The notes under the pieces are model-generated. The model was not told the origin of the DNA. It worked only from the letters and a program-made list of their open reading frames with translations, and searched no databases. A program made the translations under genes and the position numbers. This document shows, piece by piece, positions 40,945 to 53,189 of a DNA stretch of 64,000 nt. Source of the stretch: Marsupella aquatica (lineage: Eukaryota; Plantae; Marchantiophyta). The stretch is taken from contig OZ316892.1 in the NCBI GenBank assembly GCA_973895155.1, positions 15,864,861 to 15,928,860 on the forward strand, read 5' to 3'. Each line of letters begins with the position of its first letter. Positions within the stretch are counted from its first letter, which is position 1.

Positions 40945-41723
40945 TGTGAGATAAGGATGTTTATGAAGGAAGGGTTAACTAGCCATAAATTTTTGAATTT
41001 TTAAGTTTAAGATCTCAAATGAGGCTAAAGAGGGACCTGAAGACTACTATGAAGTGTTATGAGACTTTCAAGCCCATCTGAGGTCAACCCGGATTGATAT
41101 TAGAGAAGGAGGATCGACCCGAAACTTTTTGTTATAAACCTGGAATGAGATATAAAGCTTATACCGAGACTCTACTCAACAACAGCTGTCCATTGCCAAA
41201 GTTTTTAAAACCATAAGTCAAACACAGGCACGACCACAGCAGAATCCGGATATAAGGAAGGAGAGTCGATCCGGCCTCTCACACCTCTCAAAGCCGAACT
41301 TAGTAGGTTTTGAGTTCCCGAGCGCATTAGGCTGTTAAAGTAGTAGAGTGAGGAGGCTCTAACCTTTTGGTAGAGGATCTTGGGTCCGGATTATAAGACC
41401 AATCTTGAATTTCTTGATGAGAGCCTGGATATGAGGGTACTGACTGATTCGTTGTGAGGGGAATGCCTACTCCGCCGCTGGGAGTGAAGGCAGGAAGTTT
41501 GAGATTATGATCGTGCATACATCGGTGATGAGAACGAAGGCCAGGTCGATCCGGACATCAACATTGCAGGCCCGTTTGAGTCTATCTTTGCCCCACGTTC
41601 GATGCACCTGAATTTTGATTGACGGGATCTTGATCAACGTTTCCAGAAGCTCTTGTCAGTTGATCAGAAATGCCGTAGCCAGGTCGACCCGGACATTTCT
41701 ACCATTGGTCGACACCGAAGAGG

Positions 41724-43541
41724 TTGACCATTCTGAAGTCACAGCATTGTAGAGCTCGCCGACGAGGAGGCAGGCCATTTATTGGGAATCCATTTTCTGC
41801 TTCGATAAGTCCTATGGAGCAAGGGACGGATCCAGCCGGAATGTCCACTTCTCGCGTCTCTAAGGGGCATTCAACCTCAACATCACCTGCACCTACTCTG
41901 GTTAAAGCCCCTGTGAGACGATCGAAGAGAAAGGAGGTCCCTATTGCCATGAAAATTCTGAGGCCAGCTATCCCGGACAGTGAAGCTGAGAAGGTCAAAC
42001 TGAGGGAGTCTTTTCTCAGGATGGGCTGTGAGTCTCTGATGGAGCTACCTTGGAGTTATCAGAGCGAAGATATGATCAGAGAGATCCGATCTAAGGAGTA
42101 TCCGGCTGAGTTTAAGGATACCTCCAGAGGCCGACCTGAGCGATGGACTCAGATGATGATTGCAGGAGCTTTTGTATTGGAAGATGAAGGAGAAGGTCCA
42201 GTGGGGAGAGCTGTCAACCTAATCCTTCCTTACTTCAAAGGAGCCATCAACAGTAAGGACGGGTTCAATGTTTCTAAATGTTTGGATCCTGATCTGAGAC
42301 GAGTCTTCAGCTTTCTGCTACCCCTGCTATACCCTGAGAAGCCAAGAAGAGTTACTGTTGGAGTTGGCTCTACCATTGTTGCTGCTTACAAGGGAGAAAG
42401 AAAAGTCAACTGGGCTAAGCTTATCTTTGATTTGATAAGGAAGTTGGTACAGAACCTATCCAACAAGAGTCCTACTCCCCTCTCCTGCTACCTGGTATAT
42501 CTATATAGCTTTGAAGGAGTTTTGTTCAGAGAGGAGAAGAAATTACTATTGGCCAAGTACAACTTCATCAAGTATGGAGAGACAGATCCAGATATCACCC
42601 AGGCCACCTCTGATGACAGTGAGGATGAGGAACCAGCAGAGACAAATCCTTGAAAGACCCGGTCTGCTGCCCGGAACCTCGACCTGGACTTTTCCGACCC
42701 GGCTGAATGTCCGGATGCACCCGGCCATGCCTCCCAAGACACCCTAGCTGATTTCCAGATAATCTCAGACACGTTCCAGAAGGTGAAGAGGAAGACCACT
42801 GTGATGGAGAAGGTCATCACTGACATTTCGCAGAAGCTAGGAGTGAAACCAGGGCAGATTCTTGAGAAGATCTCCACCATGAGTGATGCCACAGATAAGA
42901 CGAAGTTGGAGAAGGAGAATGAGTTCCTCAAGAAGAAGGTATCTGAACTCAAACAGCAGTTGGAAAGGAGTAAGAAGAAGAATGAGCTTGAGCATACTCT
43001 CCAACTCAGTATCACTCAATCTTTGGATCTGATTGAGCCTTTGACTAAGATAGCTTCTCTGGATCTTCTTAAGGCCCAAATTTATGATGAGTATTTGGCC
43101 AAGAACACCACACCCATCCTTTTCTCCAAGATTAACCATTTAGTGGTAGATGTGAGTACCAAGGTGGATGATGCACTTACAGGCCTCTCAAAGACCTGTG
43201 AAGCCTTAAGGGAGATGAGTGACTTGACTACAGAGGAGCTATTAGCTGATACTGAGATTCCTCCCTTTACTACTAGATCTTTCTCTCCTAGTCTTCATGA
43301 AGGAGTCTATTCCACTGGCCCCTCATCACCCCTCAACCCTCCTGGTTTCCCCACTCCCAGTACACACTTCCACTCCCATTCTTACACCTATTCTCATGAC
43401 CCAAGTGCCCATCAAGAGAACATGGATATTGACCCGTCCATCCCTTTTACCACTGGCCAGCAGGGAGTTTACCTTCGGCCAGAACCCCTTGCTATGGCTA
43501 ACCCCGAGGAGGTTCCTTCCCAAAAGCTAGGACCAGAATAG
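41724..43541 (+). pseudogene. Gypsy-associated accessory ORF (~600 aa) split by one in-frame TGA at 42651
   Basis: RGRPERWT..KDGF..CLDPDLRRVFSFLLPLLYPEKPRRVTV..KVNWA; homologous to 54834-56550; the two ORFs are in the same frame. Confidence 0.65.
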
Positions 43542-43699
43542 AGTTATATTTAGAGAGTTAGAGCCACATTAGTTTAGACTTAGAAATAGCTATATAGACT
43601 AGTATATGAGTAAGTAGACTCCAGTATTTTGTTGATGTATCCATTGTAGTCTCTACTCTATTTTTGACTAGGATAGTTTACTTTTATTTACATACTTCT

Positions 43700-44563
43700 T
43701 TAGACTTGGGTTTTGAAGAGGCATGTCTTTTCATAATCTCCACTTTTAGTACAAAAGGAGAAGAACCCAAAGTCAACAAGGAGAGAGAAAACATACATTT
43801 TTTGATTTCCTCATTGCCTTTGAAGGAATCTATGTCTTTCTTCCTTTCTTTTACCATGGTTGAGTAAAAGGAAGAAGTTTAGCAACCCTTGAGTTGTTGT
43901 GAATGTTCAATGAATGCTAGAGTGTGCCTATAATGATATTGGAAGATCAATGAGATTTGTGACCAATACATTTGGAAGATTCACCAAAGAGGAAATTGAC
44001 ATTTGCACAAAACTCAACCAAGCAATCTTAAGGATTGTAGGAGAAGTAAGTCAATTCGAGTATCCTAGTACCGTCCTCAACAGGACCAAAAAAGTGTCCC
44101 GGGTTGATTTACGTTCATATATTCTAAATTCAAGAGATGGAGAAGAGTTGCTACGAGAAATCAAAGAGCATAGAAAATGTTGATTTCTAAATCTTAAATT
44201 AGGCCATAATCCTTATTGAAGGAGTGGTGATGGCCAGAAATTCAATTCCCTTGCACTTTGAAAACTCCTATCTACTCTCTCTCTAGTTTCAATCTTTGTT
44301 AATTCTAGTCTTTATTATTGCACTGTGAATCCTAAGGATTACCCACTTGAGTTTGTGGTTAAACACTTATGTTAAGGAGATCATTAGAAATCTCTCCAAC
44401 CTAAGAATGTTGGTGTAAACTTCTCAAATTGTGTTAATTAGGTCTTTTCGATCTTATCCACTCCTAACCGGAACGAAATCGAGTTGTTAAGGAATAAATA
44501 GTCATTTATCTCTTTATCACCTTGCTACATACTACACTCTTTTTGGCGCCGCTGCCGGGGATC
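43700..44563 (+). mobile_element. Gypsy LTR-like region ending at a primer binding site
   Basis: TGGCGCCGCTGCCGGGGA at ~44544-44561 (Athila/Tat-type PBS); motif GAAGAGGCATGTCTTTTC shared with ~52356; LTR start not defined. Confidence 0.6.
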
Positions 44564-44959
44564 GAACTGAGATCGGGAGACCTGCCGCGATAGTGGATGT
44601 CAAAAGGAGATCAACAAAAACAAGTCAAGAAGTAACGGCAAAAAGGTACTTGATTAAGGAAAAGAGGCTGGAATCTCCTAAGTTATGGTCAGGAGAAGTC
44701 GACCTCAAAAGAGGGAGAGAGCCCAAATCAAGTCAAGAGAGAACCAAACCCAAAATATCAAAGATGCTACTACACATTCAAGAGCAACAATTGTGAGAAG
44801 AAGTGGAGGAAGTTACTTTTGGGGAGGAGAATTGATTAAAGTTGATTCATGGGACACGAATGTTTTTCTTGATTGTTTGTTGATTTTTAGAAGATTTGTA
44901 AATGGTAGATTCGAATTGGTGGAAGCCACTTATGATAGAAAATTTGACAAGGATTGCAT

Positions 44960-47581
44960 TCTGTTTTCCTCCAACTCTCTTACACGCATGATGTATTTGA
45001 GTGTGTGGAAGAGTGCCTCCACCTCCAAAGGAAACAAGCCTGCCTCTGCAAGTGTAAGTGCATATGGGGTTTGTGACTTGATCCCAAGCTCCATCTCAAG
45101 AAATAGCTTTTGCAGCCCCTCAATCTGTTGCCACCCAGATTTAGACACACCTGCTCCCCAAATTGGTGTTCCATAAAGAATGACTAGTTTCACCAAAGCT
45201 CCAAAGAGATGTTTCCTTAACCTCCAAGTGTGTAGACCAGCTCTTTTGCATTTGTTCATGAATGCATAAAGAGCTCTGTACCCATTGGCAGCCCTAGATT
45301 TTACACATGAGGCCCAACTCAAGTTTTGAGAGAACTCCACCCCAAGGTATTTGTAGGTCCTCACAAATTCCACCAGATTCCCTTGGAAGTAGAGCTCTGG
45401 ATTTTGTCGTGTGTCGATGCCCAAACACTTGGTCTTCTTGAGGTTGACTACCATCCCTGTTGCTTGACAAAACTCCTCCAAGGCATTGAGATGCCTTTGC
45501 AAAGCTTCTTGAGCATGAGCAAGTAGGACCACATCATCTGCAAATATAAGAAGTTGGAGGACAAACCTACCCAATTGACTGCCAACTCCACCATGCTCCT
45601 CCAAAATGTTGTGTAGCTGATCAATGAAGATGCCAAAGAGAGTTGGTGAGAGAGGACAACCTTGGATCACCCCAAGAGTGCTCCAGATTTCTTCAGAGGT
45701 TTCCTTTGAAAGTTTGATGCGCACTTCTTGGTACAATTTAGAAACAGCCAACCTGAGCTCTTCAGGCACTTCCAACTCCACCATCCTATCCCAAAGCTTG
45801 GATCGGGAAACTTTGTCAAAGGCCTTGGAGAAGTCCACAAACAAGCAAAATAATGGTTTATGTGAAGATTTGGCCTTTTCACACAACACCCTCAAGCAGA
45901 GAATGTGATCCATAGTGCTGAATTCTCTCCTAAAACCTGCTTGTGAAGGTGCCCTTTTCATCTCACTCTCCAACCAAGAGCTTAATCTGGCTTCAAGTAG
46001 TCCTCCCAAAACTTTAGCAAAAGTATTGCCTACCATGATGGTTCTGTAGTTGTGCACATCGTCCTTGTTGCCTGCCTTGAAAATAGGCACCACTCTTCTG
46101 GTCATCCAAGCTTTAGGTAAACCTAAAGCCATTGCTTGATTCAGCTCATGCACCAAGTTTGTTAGTAAAGAGGGTCCTCCCCACAAAAGAAGCTCCAAGT
46201 TCAGGCCCAACAGATCTTTAGCTTTCCCATGTTGCATGTGGGAAAGATGCACCTTCACCTCCCTCTCTGTAAACTGAATGGTGTCCCCAAGGGGCAAAGG
46301 CATGCCACTAGCATCTGGAAAGAAATACAAGGATGTGACATAGGTTACCAGGTCCTGGTGATCCAAGGGGGGAGTAGTCTTGCCTGATTGCATTCTCTCC
46401 CAAAAACGTTTTGGATGTTTGATGAACTCCTCACATAGTGATTGTTGATGACTCTTCAAGAAGCACCTCTTCTTGTGTTTGATGAAGTTCTTGTACATAG
46501 TGAATGCCAAAAGTCTCTTTTCCCCTAAATGTGATCTTGCTTGCATCCTTGCTCTAGCACAATCCTCGTCAAACCAAGCCTTCATGTTTTGCTTTCTAGG
46601 GGGTTTGGTGGAGAAAGTAGAGGCTGCTGCTTGTGCTATGACTTCTGAGAGCTCAATTTGATCATCCAGGGTATGGAGAAGATGTTCAAAGTTGGCTTTG
46701 AAGATGACTTCTCTATCAGGGTCTAGAAACAGAGGTTTGGGTACTGGCTTTCTATGCACTTTGTTTGGGATTGTGGTCAGGTCAAGATGGAACAACAAAG
46801 GCAAGTGTGAAGACTCTGGTTGTTGATCAAGTATTTGAAAGTCAACCACTCTAGTGGCAGAGGTAGGTGAGGCAAGAAGGTAATCAATGGTACTACATTC
46901 TTGTTTAGATCTAAAAGTGTAACCAGATGATTGGGGAAATCTCTCAAGCCCATTCAATATTCTTAGATTACAAGAAGCTCCCAAATGCAAAAAGTGACGT
47001 GTCATGTCATTTGTTCTGGTGTCAAGAGCCTCTCTCACCCAAGGTATCTCTTCACTACATGATGACCAAGGTAAAGTTCCTAAGTCCTCACTTTCAGTAA
47101 ATTGTTCATTAGATACCCTGGCATTAAAGTCCCCCACTATCCATGTCTCCCCTAGTGGTGATATATCATGAATGACTTGGATTAACCTATGAAATGGATA
47201 ATGTGCATCAGCAATTCCCATCTTATAGACATTCATATTAAGGGGAGCAAAGTAGGTGACAATCAGAAATGATGGAGTACCTCTGGTATGAAGTCTCACC
47301 ACCATGAACTGCTTGCTGGGATCTTCATGTTCAATAGAGGTGATGTGTTGAAGTTGATTCTTGGTGTAGACAGCAATGCCTCCAAACCCTCTTCCCCGTG
47401 TGGTCTTCTTCTCATTGAAGATGGATTGTATGCAAGTAAAGCCTTTAATGCTAGGTAGAGCATTTCCCTCATATTCCCAAGTCTCCGTGAAAAGCAAGAT
47501 GTCAAAATTCTCAAACAAAGGTTCCCCTCCAATTGCTGTTTCTATGGAAAGTCCTGAAACATTCCATGCCATGACTCTCAA
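44960..47581 (-). CDS. LINE ORF2 (AP endonuclease + reverse transcriptase), 3'-truncated
   Basis: WNVSGL, ETW, GGIAVY, VGDFNAR, TIDY, SSHLP; QAGFR, FVDFSKAFD, QGCPLSP, FADD. Confidence 0.92.
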
Positions 47582-47593
47582 GGTCCCGATCCA

Positions 47594-48364
47594 TCATTTA
47601 GAAACAACTCTCTTCTTATTGGTAACAACAGCTTGTCCATTGCGCAAGTAGGCTACCAATCCTTGGTCTTTGGCTACCCTCACCTTCTCAAGCTCAATTT
47701 TCCTTGCTTGGACTTGTGTGGGAGTCAGATCATCATCCAACCAAATCCTTAGCCCTTTAAGCATGCTCCTGTTAGCCATCACTCTAGCTTTCTCGGATTC
47801 AACTGCAAACTTCACCAAGATTGGACGTGGAAGGTCCCCCTTCTTTTGCCCAATCCTATATGCTTGCAAAATGATAGGGTCATGCACTTTCATCTGAGAT
47901 TGGAAGAATGAAATTGCTACCTTCTTGGTGTCTTCCTTCTCCTCCTCAACAAGGCCTGATATTTTGCAGTTGCCGACTCTTGCATGCTGGTTCTTGTGTT
48001 CTTCCTCTAGTGCTCTCCTCTCCTCCTCCTTGGCTTGGACAAATTCCATATGTGATTGTTTTGCAGCCTATGCAAAGGTTTTGAGCTTCTCCTCAATCTC
48101 CCCTACAGCCTCATGTATCACTGATTTCTCTGGGCACATACTCTTCTCCATGTCTCCAAAACACGATGCAAGCAATGAGAGTTGCTTACCATTCTCCTGA
48201 GTTTGAGATCGAAGATCACTAATCAACCTCTTTTGCTTGACATTCTCATTCTTTAGCTCCGTCACCTCCTTGTTGAGTGTGGTAATCTCAATTGCGAAGT
48301 TTTCAGCCACAACTAAGATTTTCTCAAGCAAAGCCTTGAGATGGGCAATCTCCTCCGTTGCCAT
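47594..48364 (-). pseudogene. LINE ORF1 (coiled coil + RRM-like, ~256 aa) with an internal TAG at 48068
   Basis: ISGL.E, RIG..PRPILVKF, IWLDDDLT; the codon is CAG in copy A3. Confidence 0.85.
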
Positions 48365-48371
48365 CACAAAG

Positions 48372-48449
48372 CTGAAACTGTTGTTAGAATGTACTCTTAG
48401 ACGACAAATAGAAATTGGGAGCAGTAGAGGATGTCAGTTGCAGCTCTAC
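48372..48449 (-). other. 78-nt spliceosomal intron in the LINE 5' UTR
   Basis: AAAG|GTAGAG...TTCTAAC...TTTCAG|CTTTGTGATG; exactly absent at 31264/31265 in A3. Confidence 0.88.
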
Positions 48450-49201
48450 CTTTGCCAGTGATACACTCTCGCTGTTTGCAACACTCTACCCAAATCTGAG
48501 CTCAAACCGCAGCCGATTGCCCTTCCAACTCGAAGTGAAATTTTGCCCCAAACTCAGAATCCCGAAACTGGAGACGTAGCAGATCGCACATGCTAAAGTG
48601 CATACCAAACGATGTCGGTTGCAGCTCTAACTTTGCCAGTGATACATTCTCGCTGTTTCCAATGCTCTGGCAAAGTCTGAGCTTAAACCGCAGCCAATTT
48701 CCCTTCCAACTCGAAGTGAAATTTCGCCCCAAGCTCATAATTGTGAAACTGGATACGTAACAGATCGTGCATGCTAAAGTGCATATCAAGCGATGTCGGT
48801 TGCAGCTCTAACTTTGCCAGTGATACATTCTTGCTGTTTCCAATGCTCTGGCAAAATCTGAGCTCAAACCACAGCCGATTGCCCTTCTAACTCGAAGTGA
48901 AATTTCGTCCCGAGCTCAGAATCGCGAAACTGGAGACGTAGCAGATCGTGCATGCTAAAGTGCATACCAAACGATGTCGGTTGCAGCTCTAACTTTGCCA
49001 GTGATACATTCTTGCTGTTTCCAATGCTCTGGCAAAATCTGAGCTCAAACCGCAGCCGATTGCCCTTCTAACTCGAAGTGAAATTTCGCCCCGAGCTCAG
49101 AATCGCGAAACTGGAGACGTAGCAGATCGCGCATGCTAAAGTGGATACCAAACGATGTCGGTTGCAGCTCTAACTTTGCCAGTGATACATTCTTGCTGTT
49201 T
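48430..49201 (-). repeat. 181-bp tandem monomer array (~4.3 units)
   Basis: Same unit as 31264-32108. Confidence 0.95.
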
Positions 49202-49238
49202 GCTCTAATGTGAATCCCTTGGCTACCAACCGAGCCTT

Positions 49239-50450
49239 CACTAGTACAAAAATGACCCCTAAACCAAAAATGACCCCCAAAATGTTGCATTTTTTACCGG
49301 TGGTCCGATTTTAGTCCAATCGCACTTTCCAATGCTCAAACAGTCAGGTAAGCGTGATCGGACCAAGATCAAAAAAGTCCAATTCTTTTGGTATTGGAAA
49401 TCAGGTTTCAATTCAAAAACGATGGCAAAACCATGTCCAATTTTATTAGTATGGCATCATGTGGTCCGAGCACTTCGGAATTGATATGCAATGTGCAATG
49501 TCGTAAATTGCAAAAGCTAGAATCCGATGACCACGGAAAGTGTGGAGCCGATACTTTTTCTCAATCTAGTGGTGGGCTAATAAGTGTGTGTGCAGATTTG
49601 AACTCTATTGGTTGGCTAGGTTGTGTGTGCAGTCACCCATCCCAAGTGCTATTCCTCCAACATGGAGCTTAACTATGTGGTTCTTTACTAGTGCATTGTA
49701 CATGGAAGCTTGACAATTTTGGTGTTTGATAGACTCTTTGGGACTTTTATACACTTCTAAATTTGTTAAGAGGGCCACACTTTGGACCTCGTTTCCAATC
49801 CTAACTAACATGGATCACTAAGTCCGTTTAACTCACAATTGGACCCCGATCCCATTCTAGTTGCATTGCAAATCACACATCCAATTTAATAACGATTGGA
49901 CATGCTTCTCCAATCCTTGAGCGCTTGAAAAACTTTATCTATTATTTACGTCACAAGCACAAGTTCTCGTTTCCAATTTAATCACTCATCAAAATTTCCA
50001 ATTAAATCCGCATTGAAACATCCGATCTTCATAGAATTGCAACCAGCAATTCCAGCTCCATCGGAAAAATGGGCTTGAGCTTTTCTTTGGAAAGACGTTT
50101 ATGATTCATTTAGAATTGAAACAAAATTGGACCATGTGGTCCAATGTTGACTGGCATGGGCAGTGGATCGATTGTGTCCACAATTGGATACGGTGTCCGT
50201 TTGAAGTTTGAATGAAATGGTGTTTGTCCAATTCAAGTAGAATGGCAAAGTTTGATTTGTGTTACATTGGAAAGTGCAGTTGGTGATCCAATTGGAATAG
50301 AATGACAACTCTTGGCATAGTCGGGATGCAAGAATCAGACTAGGCTGTCGTGACATATAGAGTTGGTAGCATAAGATATCGAGACATGTATCATATGCAT
50401 CCAAGTAACCCAACAAAATAGAAAACCAGAAAGATGATACATGGTTGTCC
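49239..50450 (+). mobile_element. CACTA left terminus with TCCGAT/ATCGGA subterminal motifs
   Basis: CACTAGTACAAAAATG at 49239. Confidence 0.6.
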
Positions 50451-50527
50451 ATTAACACCAAGATGAAGAAATGTTGGGGCATGAAAGTGAACCCATGTAT
50501 CCCCCCCAGACCTGAGCATGGAAATGG

Positions 50528-51349
50528 TCAACGGGCTGAGGATGAGCTTGGTGAAGGAGAACAAGAAGGACAAAACAATAGCCCTTCCGGAACTTGTGGA
50601 AGCTCAGGTCGCAAACAAAAGAGATGGTAACCACCGTTGCAATGGTCACACAACAACATCTGGTCAACATCATCAATCTTGTGACACACCTTAGAGGGAT
50701 AATCCACCAGAGGAATCCAAGTAGAAGTCACAATGGTAGGGTCCAAGTTAGGCAAATGACAAGGGGCACAATCTTAGCATGATCTTTGAGGGTACGACCA
50801 TCTGCTCCCTGTAACTCCAACACACCTGAAGGATAGATGCACTGAACCTTGAGAATAATGCGACTGGTTGAGGTATCCAATGTGTCACTAGGCTGGCGCT
50901 AAAGGTAAACAAAATCACCCACATCAAACTGCCTCACCTTGGGCTTGAAGCTCCCTCCCCGTGTGTGCGCATATCTGAGTGTGTCACGATGTTGGGCAAT
51001 GGCTAGGTTGTCCATAGCCATAGGCATGACTCTACGGAACAAGGCAGCCCTCTCTGATATGATAGTAGACCAGGTTTCTGTTGAGTCCAAGTCCTCCACC
51101 TGACGCATTTGAAAAGCAATAGAAGATGGAAGAGATGCCGACCAAAAAGTAGAAAATAAGGAGAGAAGTTGGACAAGGAGGCATGGTTGGACATGCGGTA
51201 CTCCATGGCAATGTAAGGCAGTGCCAAGTCCCAATCTTTCTTGTTCTTGGTGAGGCATATTTTTCGCAATCCTTGTTTGCAGGTATGTACCATCCGCTCA
51301 GCTAGACCATCCGCTTGAGGATGATCCCTTGAAGTTCTACGATGATCAA
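50528..51349 (-). pseudogene. Gypsy integrase C-terminal half with PHD finger
   Basis: IDHRRTSRDHPQADGLAERMV, SPYFLLFGR, FDVGDFVYL, then MLLCDHCNGGYHLFCL..VPEGLLFCPSC. Confidence 0.88.
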
Positions 51350-53175
51350 TGAAGAAGACAAAGGCCAGTTATATCTTCGACCTCGGGTGTTTTGGAACTT
51401 CCAGAGTGGATATGGCACAATTTGATGAGTTCTGGACTGACTCTCTCTACTTCCGACCTATTCTTGCTGTGATCCTACTTTAGGGTGATGTAGAGGTAGA
51501 GGACCCAGATTTAGTTTTAGCATATTTGGGGAATTTTGCAGCCTATGCCCTAGATTTTGTGGTTTCTTTTCTCACTGGGCAGAGCAAGAAACCTACTACT
51601 CTGCAACACGACTACATTCCTTGAGAGCCCAAGGTTACACTTGTTTCAACTAGCTCATTTGCTGAGAAACAACGGATCTGGAACAATGTCACCTCTCAGA
51701 CTCTGGCCAGCTTCAACCGGTATTTCAGAGATGTCAAATGGAGGCTTCACCCTTTCTATTCCAGGATGCTGAACTCTGATGAATTCCTATACCATTATCC
51801 CCAAGTATATGCTGCTACTTGTAATAACTATGATGTGATTGGGATGTATAGAGAAGCTCTTCGAATAGACATATGTTATCTCAGGAAGAAAATGCCTCTG
51901 ATGTATCCTGAAAGACAACTGAGATGCCTACCCTACTCCCGAGGATCCCCACGCCAGGCTGAGCTGATCGAAGTTACCCAGAATCGTACTGTTACCCTTG
52001 TGGAGTTACTCGAACCAGATGACATCCGACAGCAAGCTTGAAGAGTAGTCTTAAGTGATTTAGTTAGTTTTAAGAGTAGTACATCTTTTCTTATTTTTCT
52101 AAATGTGTTATAGAGCTTTAAAAGCTATGAGACTTCTTCAGTAGGTAGTCTGTACCTAGGAAAACCTGCTGGCAAAATTTTAGAGTTTTCCTAACCAGGA
52201 GTAGAAAGTTAAAAATAGTTGAATTTGCTAAGTTTTTAAGTGAACCACTTATACGCTTTTACGCTTTTATGCTTTTAAGGGTTTACGGGTTCATACTTAG
52301 CCACTTTTCCGGCTTTTCACTTACTGAATCACCATTTTAACTTTTTGAGAGGTATGAAGAGGCATGTCTTTTCAACCCTATGACCTCTTATTCTGTAGAT
52401 TTTTACTATAAGACCCTTCCACCACTAGTGTAGTTTATGGTTAAGTTATGCATTTTTGCCTCTTCTTTGTGTTAAACTAGTTGATCATGAATCTATGAGT
52501 TCAAGATCAGGTTTAACATTTGGAGAGACTTGCCTCCTTCTTGTGTTTCTACCTATGATTATAAACACAGGAAGTAAAATTTCTTTAGTGCGAATCTTTT
52601 GAGTTGTAATGACAGATTCCTTGTTGGTGACTCATTGCAATCTCTTGAGTTCTTAGAGTTAACTCATTGAGTTTAAGTCTTATTGAAATTGATAAATTTT
52701 CTTTCATGTTACTTAGTACCATCTAAATGTTGAAGTAGTCACTCTTTTAGATCTTGTCTGAGTACCACTTAGAAAGAAAAGACAAGACGTGTTGATGGCA
52801 CTTTAAAAGAGTACTCTAGTAAGCATATTAGATCTGAAAAGCAATATGAATTTGAATCCTCAAGTCTTTTCATTTTGACTTATGTCTAAGGAGCAACCTT
52901 GGTCAATTCCAGACTCCCTTATCATACTTTAAGATATTTTTGGTGTATTTTGTTAATCATTCTCTTTTCATTAATTTATGGTTATACAATGTTGAGTTAT
53001 CATTGAAAACTACTCACCGCTGTGGAGCGATCTTCAAAATACCTTAGTAAAATAATCAATCCTGATTACTATATGTTAGAGAGAGTCTTTTAACTCTCAT
53101 TTGCGTTTTTATGTATCAAATCATCCCCATCTTGTTCTTTACGGGAACGAATACCGAGTTTGAAGACCTATAAGT
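51350..53175 (+). mobile_element. C-terminal part of an accessory ORF (to 52041) plus a Gypsy 3'/LTR-like region
   Basis: Frame KKTKASYIFDL..MLNSDEF.. with two stops; paralogous piece at 32138-32295; motif shared with ~43715. Confidence 0.55.
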
Positions 53176-53189
53176 GTGTTTTTGGTTCT

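Larger units (their letters stand above)
44960..49201 (-). mobile_element. RTEX-like LINE copy A5: monomers, 5' intron, ORF1, APE-RT ORF2; 3' end lost
   Basis: Most complete 5' structure; breaks at ..EENR into Gypsy sequence. Confidence 0.93.

Noticed and set aside
46285-48035. The 1751-bp deletion in A3 as a second spliced intron
   Set aside because: The ends are not GT/GC-AG on the sense strand
48430-49201. Hammerhead ribozyme or tRNA gene in the monomer
   Set aside because: No CUGANGA core or clear A/B boxes were found by eye
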